Shown here piece by piece: positions 27,079 to 37,373 of a stretch of DNA of 37,373 nucleotides (its first letter is position 1; each line of letters opens with the position of its first letter). The notes beneath the pieces were generated by a model that did not search any database, had not been told where the DNA came from, and worked only from the letters and a program-made list of their open reading frames with translations. The position numbers were made by a program, and so were the translations under genes. The DNA lies in NCBI GenBank assembly GCA_027340875.1, contig DAIENX010000090.1:1-37373 (forward strand). Reading direction: 5' to 3'. The stretch is from Elusimicrobiota bacterium (GTDB lineage Bacteria > Elusimicrobiota > Elusimicrobia > Elusimicrobiales > UBA9959).

Positions 27079-28728
27079 TTATTTGCGGCTCTCCTCGATC
27101 AGCTCGCGCGCGTGCTTCAGGCCGAGGTCGGTGCTCTGCTTCTTGCCGCCCAGCATGCGCGCTATCTCGCGCTCGCGCGAGGAGTGGTCCAGCTCGCGTA
27201 CGGCGGCGGCGGCGACGCCGGCCTTGACGTCCTTCTCCACGAAAAAATGCCTGTCGCCGAAGGCCGCCACCTGCGGCAGATGCGTGATGCAGAAGATCTG
27301 CTTGTCGCGGGCGAGCTTCGCGAGTTTCTCCCCTACCAGGCGGCCGGTCACGGCGCCTACGCCGGCGTCCACCTCGTCGAAGACCTGCGCGCCGATGCGG
27401 TCGGCCCGGCTGAGGACCGTCTTCAGGGCCAGCATGATGCGGGCCATCTCGCCTCCGGAAGCAGTGTAGCGCAGCGGCCTCAGCGGGTAGCCGGGGTTGG
27501 CGGTAAAGAGGTACTCGACCGAGTCCCCGCCAGAGGAGGAGATGTTCTCCTCGTAGTAGGCGCAGTCCACGGAGAAGCGCACTTCCTTGAAGCCCAGGCC
27601 CGCGGCCTCTTTTATCACCTCTGCGGAAAGCTTCTTCGCGGCCGCCTCCCGCCTGTCGTGCAGGGCGGAGGCGAGCTTGGCCAGCTTCGAGCGGGAGGCG
27701 GAGAGCTTCTTCTCCAGCTCGGAGCGGTCGAGCGTCATGTCCTCGAGGCTGACGGCCTTGGCCCGGAGCTCCTCGGCCTTGGCGAGCACGGCCGGGATGT
27801 CGGCGCCGTACTTCTTCTTCAAAGTCTTGAACTTCTCCAGGCGCGAGAGGACTCTGTCCACCTCGGCGGGGTCGCTGTGCACGCTTTTCCCGTAGGCCCT
27901 CAGCTCGCCGGAAAGGTCGCGCAGCTCTATGGCCGCTGTGCTCATGCGGGTCACCAGCGGGCCGGCCGAAGGATCGATCGCGTCCAGGGACTTGAGCCGC
28001 TCCAGCGTCTTCTCGGCCGCGTCCGCCGCCTCGTCCGCGAGGGAATGCGCGTCTCCCGACAGGCCGAAGAGCTTCTCCGAATTCTTCAGACGGGGCCAGA
28101 GGGCTTCCAGTTCCTCCTCCTCGCCTTCCTTCAGGCTGGCGGACTCGATCTCGTTCAGCTGGAACTTATAGAGGTCCAGCAGGCGGGCCCTCTCCTCCTC
28201 CGACAGCGAAACGGCGCTCATGGCCTCCTCGAGGGATTTCGCGGCGGCCCAGGCCTCGGCCACGGCCTTCGCCTCCTTTTCCAGCTTCCCGTAGCGGTCG
28301 AGCAGGTCCCGCTGGGTCTCGGGCTTCAGCAGGCTCTGGTGCTCGTTCTGGCCGTGGAAGTCTATCAGGCAGGACCCGAGCTCGGAAAGCTGGGCCAGCG
28401 TGGCGGGCGCGCCGTTCACCGCGGCGCGCGTGCGGCCCTTGGGATCGGCCTGGCGGCGCACCTTAAAGCTCCCGCCCTTTATCCCCCAGCGCTCGGCGGC
28501 GCTGACCGGAAGGTTGTCGGCCTCGAACTCCCCCTCCACTTCGGCGGAGGCCGCTCCGGGGCGCAGGATGTCGGAGCCGGAACGCTCGCCGAGCAGAAAG
28601 CCCAGCGCGGAGATGATGATGGATTTGCCGGCACCGGTCTCGCCGGTGAAGATGTTGAGCCCCTCTCCGGGCTGCAGCTCCAGCGAGTCTATCACCGCGA
28701 AATTCTTTATCGAAAGTCTCTTCAGCAT
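27079..28728 (-). CDS. recN: DNA repair protein RecN
   Basis: TGETGAGKS, FHGQNEHQ, ASGGEMARIMLALK, FDEVDAG and ITHLPQVAA motifs; downstream of nadK. Confidence 0.96.
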   Translation of the reverse strand: MLKRLSIKNFAVIDSLELQPGEGLNIFTGETGAGKSIIISALGFLLGERSGSDILRPGAASAEVEGEFEADNLPVSAAERWGIKGGSFKVRRQADPKGRTRAAVNGAPATLAQLSELGSCLIDFHGQNEHQSLLKPETQRDLLDRYGKLEKEAKAVAEAWAAAKSLEEAMSAVSLSEEERARLLDLYKFQLNEIESASLKEGEEEELEALWPRLKNSEKLFGLSGDAHSLADEAADAAEKTLERLKSLDAIDPSAGPLVTRMSTAAIELRDLSGELRAYGKSVHSDPAEVDRVLSRLEKFKTLKKKYGADIPAVLAKAEELRAKAVSLEDMTLDRSELEKKLSASRSKLAKLASALHDRREAAAKKLSAEVIKEAAGLGFKEVRFSVDCAYYEENISSSGGDSVEYLFTANPGYPLRPLRYTASGGEMARIMLALKTVLSRADRIGAQVFDEVDAGVGAVTGRLVGEKLAKLARDKQIFCITHLPQVAAFGDRHFFVEKDVKAGVAAAAVRELDHSSREREIARMLGGKKQSTDLGLKHARELIEESRK

Positions 28729-28789
28729 TTGAATATCAGCTTCCGCAATTCCGTTTTTATCTATGCCCTGCCCCTGCGGGGCGGTCGGA

Positions 28790-28896
28790 TAAATGACCTG
28801 TGAAGCCTTTGCGGAAGGGGGGGCCCCGCCTTAATTTCCCCGGCGGGGGGAAACCGACGCAAGGGTTTCCATCCTCCAGGCTGAACAGGGCATTTA
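28790..28896. repeat. Structured palindromic element (MITE/REP-like), copy 2
   Basis: 19-nt imperfect terminal inverted repeat TAAATGACCTGTGAAGCCT / AGGCTGAACAGGGCATTTA (16/19) enclosing the two-hairpin core shared with 25233..25276. Confidence 0.72.
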
Positions 28897-28910
28897 AACG
28901 AACGCCCCCC

Positions 28911-29753
28911 TTATCTTTCCCCCCAGCTGAGCTTCCTCCGCAGCATGTCGAAATAGGAGAAACCGTCGGGCACCAGCATCACGAAGCTCCTCGGATGCCG
29001 GCGCACCTTCACCACGTCGCCCGGCTGCAGCACGAAATTCTCCTGACCGTCCACGGAAAGAGCCATGACCTTGGGGCCGTAGCTGCCGCCGCGCACCTCC
29101 ACCTCCAGCTCGCCCGCAGCCGGCAGGGCTATAGGACGATGGGTAAGGGTATGCGGGCAAATGGGCGACAGCAGTACCACCTCCAGGTCCGGCATCACGA
29201 TGGGGCCGGAGGCCGCCAGGCTGTAGGCCGTGGACCCGCTCGGAGTGGAGACGATGAGCCCGTCGCCGAAGTAGTCCGACAGGAACTTCCCGCCGAAGGA
29301 GGCCTTCAGGCGGAAAGCGCGGGCCTCCTGGCTGCGGATCACGCAGTCGTTCAGGGCCGCCCGCGGGCCGAACACGGTCCTTCCGCCGCGGGACACGCCG
29401 ACCGACAGCAGGCTCCTCTTCACGCTGCCGAAGCCGCCGGAAAGGAACGAGCCGGCGGCGCGCATGAAATCCTTCTGCTCCATTCCGCTGAGGAAGCCCA
29501 GTCCGCCTGCGTTGATGCCCAGCACCGGGATGCCCTTGTTTATCACGTGCCTGGCCGCGTAGAGCACGGTCCCGTCCCCGCCCACGGCCACCGCCGCGTC
29601 GGCCGGGCCGAGGTCGCAGGACGGGTCGTTCACGCAGACGCGCTGCACCTTCGCCCCGCCCGCCTTCAGACGGCGCTCTATGGCCGCCGCGAAGGAAATG
29701 GCCTTCCGCCGCTTGGAGTTATAGAAGAGAACTACGCTCTTTATGCGTTTCAT
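28911..29753 (-). CDS. nadK: NAD(+) kinase
   Basis: GGDGT, GINAGGLGFL, ALND, GDGLIVSTPSGSTAYSLAASGP and PICPH motifs; start set at MKRIKSV (29753), just after the glnS stop. Confidence 0.95.
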   Translation of the reverse strand: MKRIKSVVLFYNSKRRKAISFAAAIERRLKAGGAKVQRVCVNDPSCDLGPADAAVAVGGDGTVLYAARHVINKGIPVLGINAGGLGFLSGMEQKDFMRAAGSFLSGGFGSVKRSLLSVGVSRGGRTVFGPRAALNDCVIRSQEARAFRLKASFGGKFLSDYFGDGLIVSTPSGSTAYSLAASGPIVMPDLEVVLLSPICPHTLTHRPIALPAAGELEVEVRGGSYGPKVMALSVDGQENFVLQPGDVVKVRRHPRSFVMLVPDGFSYFDMLRRKLSWGER

Positions 29754-29758
29754 AGTCC

Positions 29759-31447
29759 TCAGGCCGCCGGCCCTTTCTGCTCTATTTTCGCCCAGGTATC
29801 CTTCAGCGTGACGGTGCGGTTGAACACCGGCGCTCCGGGCCTGGAGTCCTTCGGGTCGGCGAAGAAGTAGCCGAGCCGCTCGAACTGGAAGCGCGCTCCG
29901 GGCGCGGCAGCGCCCAGCGAAGGCTCCAGCATGGCCTTCTCTATCACTTCCAGGGAATTCTTGTTGAGGTTCTTCTTGTAGTCCTCGCCCTCCGGCACGT
30001 CGTCCGGCTCGCGCGTCGTGAACAGCGCGTCGTAGAGACGCACCTTGGCCGGCACCGCGTGCCTGGCCGAGACCCAGTGTATCGTGCCCTTTATCTTGCG
30101 GCCGTCCGGGGCGTCGCCGCCCCTGGTGGCCGGGTCGTAGGTGCAGCGCACCTCGGTCACGTTCCCGGCGGCGTCCTTCTCCACGCCGACGCACTTCACG
30201 ATGTAGGCGGCTCGCAGGCGCACCTCCTGACCGGGGGTCATGCGGAAGAACTTCTTAGGCGGCGTTTCCTTGAAATCGTCCTGCTCTATGTAGAGCTCGC
30301 GGGAGAAAGGCACCTTGCGGGTGCTGGAGGCCGGGTCGGCCGGGTTATTGACCACGTCCATCTCCTCTGTCTTGTCCGCCGGGTAATTGTCGATGACTAC
30401 CTTTACCGGCTTCAGCACGGCCATAGCGCGCGGCGCGGTCAGGTTCAGCTCGTTGCGTATCGCGTTCTCGAGCACCCAGATATCGGAGACACCTGGCACC
30501 CTGGAGATGCCGACCTCGTCGCAGAAGGCGCGCAGCGCGCTGGCGGTATAGCCGCGGCGGCGGAAGGCCGCCACGGTGGGCATGCGGGGATCGTCCCACC
30601 CCTCCACGTAGCCGTTCTTGACGAGCTCCAGCAGCTTGCGCTTGCTGGTGACGGTGTTGCCCAGCGTCCTGCGGGCGAACTCTATCTGCTGCGGGTGGTA
30701 GATGCCGAGCTGGTCGATGAACCAGTCGTAGAGCGGCCTGTGGTCCTCGAACTCCAGCGTGCAGATGGAGTGGGTTATCCTCTCTATGGAGTCCTCGAGA
30801 CCGTGCGCCCAGTCGTACATAGGGTAGATGCACCACTTGTCGCCCTGGCGGTGGTGCTCGGCGTGCAGCACCCGGTACATCACCGGGTCGCGCATGTTGA
30901 TGTTCGGGTGGGCCATGTCGATCTTCGCGCGCAGCGTGCGGCTGCCGTCCGGGAACTCGCCGTTCTTCATGCGCGTGAACAGATCCACGTTCTCCTCGAT
31001 GGAGCGGTTACGGAAAGGGCTATCCTTGCCGGGCGTGCCGGGAGCGCCGCGGTGCTCGCGCACCTGGTCGGCGTTGAGGTCGCAGACGAAGGCCTTGCCC
31101 TTCTTCACGAGCTCCATCGCCCAGTCGTACATCTGCTGGAAATAATCGGAGGCGAAGAACAGCCTGTCCTCGAAGTCGCCGCCCAGCCACTTCACGTCCT
31201 CCACGATGGAATCGACGTACTCCTGTTCTTCCTTGGCCGGATTGGTGTCGTCGAAGCGCAGATTGAACTTGCCTTTGTAATGGCGGGCTATGCCGGAGTT
31301 CAGGATTATCGACGTGGCGTGGCCGATATGCAGATAGCCGTTAGGCTCCGGGGGAAAGCGCGTGTGCACGCGGCCCTCGAAGCGGCCCGTCTCGTTGTCC
31401 TTGTCTATCAGCTCGTAGATGAAATTCGTCCTGGCCGTGGTTTCCAT
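29759..31447 (-). CDS. glnS: Glutamine--tRNA ligase
   Basis: [46 protein letters not shown] and FQFERLGYF motifs; start set at [10 protein letters not shown] (31447). Confidence 0.96.
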   Translation of the reverse strand: METTARTNFIYELIDKDNETGRFEGRVHTRFPPEPNGYLHIGHATSIILNSGIARHYKGKFNLRFDDTNPAKEEQEYVDSIVEDVKWLGGDFEDRLFFASDYFQQMYDWAMELVKKGKAFVCDLNADQVREHRGAPGTPGKDSPFRNRSIEENVDLFTRMKNGEFPDGSRTLRAKIDMAHPNINMRDPVMYRVLHAEHHRQGDKWCIYPMYDWAHGLEDSIERITHSICTLEFEDHRPLYDWFIDQLGIYHPQQIEFARRTLGNTVTSKRKLLELVKNGYVEGWDDPRMPTVAAFRRRGYTASALRAFCDEVGISRVPGVSDIWVLENAIRNELNLTAPRAMAVLKPVKVVIDNYPADKTEEMDVVNNPADPASSTRKVPFSRELYIEQDDFKETPPKKFFRMTPGQEVRLRAAYIVKCVGVEKDAAGNVTEVRCTYDPATRGGDAPDGRKIKGTIHWVSARHAVPAKVRLYDALFTTREPDDVPEGEDYKKNLNKNSLEVIEKAMLEPSLGAAAPGARFQFERLGYFFADPKDSRPGAPVFNRTVTLKDTWAKIEQKGPAA

Positions 31448-31454
31448 AGATAAA

Positions 31455-31463
31455 ATTATAACA
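31455..31463 (-). promoter_or_regulatory. Extended -10 box (TGnTATAAT) 7 nt before the glnS ATG
   Basis: Minus strand reads TGTTATAAT-TTTATCT-ATG; no Shine-Dalgarno sequence. Confidence 0.65.
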
Positions 31464-31508
31464 ATATTCCCCCCCGCCAGGCTCAGGCACTGACGAAGTT
31501 GCGTCCCT

Positions 31509-31759
31509 GCCCTGCCCGGCCTATCGCAAACAACTTTAGTGCGCAGGGCCTGTCGCCGGAATAACCGGAGGGGTGACGCACGGACCCAGCCTTTTCGGAT
31601 CCGGCCGCGTAAGGTGAACGGCAGGCACGCTTCTCGCCAGCCTAGCAGGGGATGGGTGGAGCGGCCGGGACGGAAAGGCGGTCCGGGCGGCAGGACCCCG
31701 AACCTGCATTCGGCGACGTGAAGCACCCGCATATAAGGGAGCGTCTGACGGGGCAGGGC
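31509..31759. ncRNA. Unidentified structured element of about 250 nt (ncRNA or MITE)
   Basis: Terminal GCCCTGCCC / GGGCAGGGC; nested rod GTCGCCGGA/TTCGGCGAC, CGGACC/GGTCCG, GCCTTTTC/GGAAAGGC, TCCGGCCGC/GCGGCCGGG. Confidence 0.45.
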
Positions 31760-31773
31760 GAACCACTACAGGA

Positions 31774-33273
31774 TCAGTGCCTGAAATGGCGGATGCCGGC
31801 GAACAGCATCGTCGCGCCCCGTTCGTCGCACAGTCTAACGCAGTCCTCGTCGTCCTGCCAGCCGCCCGGCTGTATCACCGCGCTAGCCCCGCCGGCCAGG
31901 GCGGCCTTCAGGGTCTTCAGCGGCAGGGCCGCGTCGGCCGCCAGCACCAGCGGCCCGGCCCCGGGCAGGATGGGCCGCCTGTCGCGCAGGTGCCACACCG
32001 CGGCCCGCACCGCGTCGTACGAAGAGCTGCCGGAAGCGCTCACCGAAAGCACGGTACGGCCCTCCGCTATGACGGCGGCGTAGGTCTTGGCGTATTTCAC
32101 GGTCTTCCAGGCCAGCAGCAGCGACGCCGCCTCCGCCTCCGTCGGCTTGCGCCTGGTCACGCAGGCAGGATCGGCGTGGAAAAGCCTGTTGTCCTTCGCC
32201 TCTATCAGCACGCCGCCGGAGATGGATCTCAGCTCCAGCTCGTGCGGCGAGAGCACCGGCGCCGGCAGAGAAAGCACCCTCAGCCCCTCGCGGGAACGCA
32301 GTATCTTCAGCGCCTCCGGGCTGTAGCCGGGGGCGACCACGCTTTCCACGAAGGTCTCAAGAAGGAGCGCGGCGGCCTCGGCCTCCACCTGCCTGTTGAA
32401 GGCGGCGGTGCCGCCCACGGCCCCGGCCGGGTCGGCGGCCAGCGCTCCCCTCAGGCAGTCGGCCTGAGACGGCAGCGCGCAGACGGCGGAAGGCTTGTCG
32501 TGCTTGCAGACGGCGCAGACCGGTTCCTCGAACTCCAGCGCCAGCTCGAAGGCGGTATCCAGGTCCAGGTAATGGTTGAAATTGAGCCAGGGGCCGGAAT
32601 GCAGCCGCGCGGCGTTCAGCCCGGAAGGACGGGCCCCGCTGAGGGCGTAGAAGGCCGCGCGCTGATGCCTGTTCTCGCCGTACTCCAGCTCGGAGACCTT
32701 CCTGAGGCTCATGACGACCTCGTCGTCCAGCAGCGTGCCGGCAGGGGAAAGGTACTGCGCGACGGTGGCCTCGTAGGCGGCCAGGTACTGCCAGGCCCGG
32801 GCGGCCAGCTTGCGCTTGGCCTCCGGCTCAAGGCCGCCGGCGTCCCTGAAGGCCGCCAGCACCTCCTGGTAGTCAGCGTGCCGGCATACTGAGACCACGT
32901 TGCCGAAGTCCTTGGCGGCCGCCCTGAGCACGGCGGAGTTGGCCTGGTCGAGGTAATTCGACAGCTCGTCTACGGAAAAATCTTCCTGGGAGACTATGCC
33001 GGCGATAGGGTAAAGGTCCGCGGCCACCACGTAGAACCTGGGCAGTTCCACGCCGTTCTCGGATATTGCCGGGAACCTGCCTGAAAGGGCCTTCAGCAGC
33101 GCCGCCGGCACCGGCGGGGAATAGCGGACCTCCTCGGCCTCTATCCCCGCCTCCCTCAGCAGCTTATAAGTGGAACCGGAGGAATAGATGGAAAAGCCCA
33201 GCTCGGTAAGGCCCCGGGCGAAGTCCTCGACACCGGTCTTGTCATGAACGCAGAGATAGGCCGTCCTGTCCAT
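31774..33273 (-). CDS. purH: PurH-like bifunctional AICAR transformylase/IMP cyclohydrolase, highly divergent
   Basis: DKTG..FA..L, LYP, RAAAK, L.YGEN.HQ.AAFY, IQPGG and GIRHFRH motifs; several conserved motifs altered. Confidence 0.82.
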   Translation of the reverse strand: MDRTAYLCVHDKTGVEDFARGLTELGFSIYSSGSTYKLLREAGIEAEEVRYSPPVPAALLKALSGRFPAISENGVELPRFYVVAADLYPIAGIVSQEDFSVDELSNYLDQANSAVLRAAAKDFGNVVSVCRHADYQEVLAAFRDAGGLEPEAKRKLAARAWQYLAAYEATVAQYLSPAGTLLDDEVVMSLRKVSELEYGENRHQRAAFYALSGARPSGLNAARLHSGPWLNFNHYLDLDTAFELALEFEEPVCAVCKHDKPSAVCALPSQADCLRGALAADPAGAVGGTAAFNRQVEAEAAALLLETFVESVVAPGYSPEALKILRSREGLRVLSLPAPVLSPHELELRSISGGVLIEAKDNRLFHADPACVTRRKPTEAEAASLLLAWKTVKYAKTYAAVIAEGRTVLSVSASGSSSYDAVRAAVWHLRDRRPILPGAGPLVLAADAALPLKTLKAALAGGASAVIQPGGWQDDEDCVRLCDERGATMLFAGIRHFRH

Positions 33274-33281
33274 CGCCGGTG

Positions 33282-34916
33282 CTATTTCCCCTTCTCCACC
33301 TCTTCCAGGTAACGCTTCAGGCCGCCGGCGCCGTCCCCGGCTTTCTCGGCGGCCGCTATACCTTCTTTCAGTATCTTGACGGCGGAATCCTTGCGGCCGT
33401 GCTCGGCCTCTATCCTGGCCTCCAGGCCGATGATGCTGTAGCGGATGTTCCCGTAGGACAGACGCTCGGCTTCCCGCGCCTCCAGCAGCGCCTCGGGATA
33501 TTTCTTGAGCTTCAGCAGCGCGCCGGCGTAGGCGCGGTGGAAGGCGTACTCGCCGGGATAGGCCTTGACCAGCGCGGCGTACACCTCGGCGGCCTCGCCG
33601 TAGCGGCCGGACGCGGCCAGGTAACGGCCCTCGCAGAGGCGCAGCCCCTTAGCCCCGGCGGGGGCGGCGGCGGCCTCGGCCAGCTCGCGGCAGCTCTCGG
33701 AAGCGAGGAAATAGAACGGCCCGGCCTTTTCCTTCATGCCGACCTCCTCCAGCGCGTCGGCCACGGTGACGTAAATGTCGGCCGGCGTATAGCCCTCCGC
33801 CTCCGCGGAGCGGGAAGCCAGGAACCGGCCGGCGAGGGTGTCGGCGTCGTCGAGCCACAGCGCGGCCGCCTTGGGATCTATCCTGTGCAGGGAACCCACC
33901 CATTCCATTATCCCGACCTCGGCGTCCTTGCCGTCGCTGCCGTCGAAACGCGATATGGCGGAGGTATACACCGGCGCCAGGGCGGCGGCCGTCGAGGACG
34001 GCGCCTCCTCCACCGCCCTGGCCACGCCGGCATAGGCGTGCAGGAACTCGGCCTCCCGAGTTTTCAGTTCGGAGAGCAGTTCCATCGCTCCCTGCCACTT
34101 CTTAGCGTCCATCCTGGCCTTGGCCACGCGCAGCTTCCCCGCGTCGTCCAGGGAGGCGGCCGTCTCCTCCGCTTTCGCTATCGGCAGCTCCTTCCAGCGC
34201 TCCTGGTCCTTCAGCCACGCCGTGAAGGCCGGCAGGCCTGCGCTGCCGGTCCAGCGGCCTATCTCGTTGAGCGAGGCGTCGGCCACCAGGTAGGTCGGGT
34301 AGGCGTTCACAGAGAAGCGCTTCACCCACTCCGAGGCCTCCGGCTTGTCCACGTCCAGGCTGATACGCACCATGCCGGCCGTGGCTTCCATGAACTTCGG
34401 CTTGTCCAGCACGGTGCTCTCCATCAGACGGCAGGGCGGACACCATTTGGCGAAGAAATCGATGAACAGCAGCTTGTGCTCGTCACGAGCCTTGGTCTGC
34501 GACTCGAGCGGCACGTTCAGCAGGAAGCCCTCCAGGGCCTCCTCCTTCTCCTCCCCCGCCGTTCTTTTCGGCTCCTCCGTCCTCACGGCCGGACCGGAAA
34601 CGTCGAGGGTGAAATCGGCGAAGAAACAGGTATCGCCGCCGTCGGCGCAGATCTTCAGGCTCACGTCCTGGCGGCCGGGCGAAGGGAAGCGGCACTTGAG
34701 CGACTTCCGGCCCACGTCGAAAGCGGGCAGGGCGCCGCACTCCTGCGGAGCCTCCTCGTTGAAGTGATAGCCGGTTACGGTCCGGAACGCCAGCGTCTCC
34801 CCGGCTCGCACCGTCTTCGGGGGCGCCGGCTCTATCAGCTTGAGCGCGTCGCCGGTCGTAGCGGCGCCGGCCGGGATGGACAGCGCTCCGGCGGTCAAAA
34901 ACAGCAGGTATCTCAT
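33282..34916 (-). CDS. Exported thioredoxin-family protein with C-terminal TPR-like repeats
   Basis: Signal peptide; N-terminal Cys-containing DsbD-alpha-like segment (GYHFNEEAP); FIDFFAKWCPPCRLME, cis-Pro motif AYPT; helical repeats. Confidence 0.85.
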   Translation of the reverse strand: MRYLLFLTAGALSIPAGAATTGDALKLIEPAPPKTVRAGETLAFRTVTGYHFNEEAPQECGALPAFDVGRKSLKCRFPSPGRQDVSLKICADGGDTCFFADFTLDVSGPAVRTEEPKRTAGEEKEEALEGFLLNVPLESQTKARDEHKLLFIDFFAKWCPPCRLMESTVLDKPKFMEATAGMVRISLDVDKPEASEWVKRFSVNAYPTYLVADASLNEIGRWTGSAGLPAFTAWLKDQERWKELPIAKAEETAASLDDAGKLRVAKARMDAKKWQGAMELLSELKTREAEFLHAYAGVARAVEEAPSSTAAALAPVYTSAISRFDGSDGKDAEVGIMEWVGSLHRIDPKAAALWLDDADTLAGRFLASRSAEAEGYTPADIYVTVADALEEVGMKEKAGPFYFLASESCRELAEAAAAPAGAKGLRLCEGRYLAASGRYGEAAEVYAALVKAYPGEYAFHRAYAGALLKLKKYPEALLEAREAERLSYGNIRYSIIGLEARIEAEHGRKDSAVKILKEGIAAAEKAGDGAGGLKRYLEEVEKGK

Positions 34917-34939
34917 CTTCCCTCCCTTACGGATGCCGG

Positions 34940-37372
<2,433 letters not shown>

Positions 37373-37373
37373 A

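Noticed and set aside
29754..30194. N-terminal extension of NAD kinase
   Set aside because: Overlaps glnS in another frame; kinase homology starts at 29753.
31724..31730. GCGGGTG (minus strand) as the missing 5' half of a split tRNA-Gly
   Set aside because: It complements the acceptor strand at 25449-25455, but is not followed by U8-A9, a D-arm or an anticodon arm; a 7-mer match is expected by chance.
31448..31732. 95-aa N-terminal extension of GlnS in the ORF track
   Set aside because: It runs through the structured non-coding element; GlnS homology and a -10 box point to ATG 31447.
31464..31773. T-box riboswitch upstream of glnS
   Set aside because: No UGGNACC T-box bulge or terminator/antiterminator seen, and glnS appears to have its own proximal promoter.

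Overview
GC-rich bacterial chromosome segment in two parts; the secreted-protein leader style suggests Elusimicrobiota, but that is an inference. (1) 1-17.2 kb is an accessory, co-oriented minus-strand array of about 14 exported proteins. It includes two clostripain (C11) peptidases, a duplicated three-gene block, a ChaN-like protein, a cytoplasmic HExxH protease, a clostripain pseudogene and several leader-only stubs. Seven intergenic positions carry the same 125-126 bp element with four boxes at fixed spacing, each just upstream of a start codon. Signal-peptide/leader modules appear swapped between unrelated protein bodies. Together this looks like an undescribed, co-regulated and actively reshuffled secretome locus. 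(2) 17.3-37.4 kb is core genome: rhodanese, M48 lipoprotein, pilC/pilT/pilB, a GYF_2-like membrane protein, gltX, recN, nadK, glnS, a strongly degenerate purH, a thioredoxin/TPR protein, ligA and nusB. Three intergenic gaps here contain related structured elements, one of them a 110-bp inverted-repeat-bounded insert inside the T-loop of a tRNA-Gly 3' remnant. No CRISPR array, rRNA, intact tRNA, integrase or transposase was seen. All calls come from motif recognition by eye; no searches were run.
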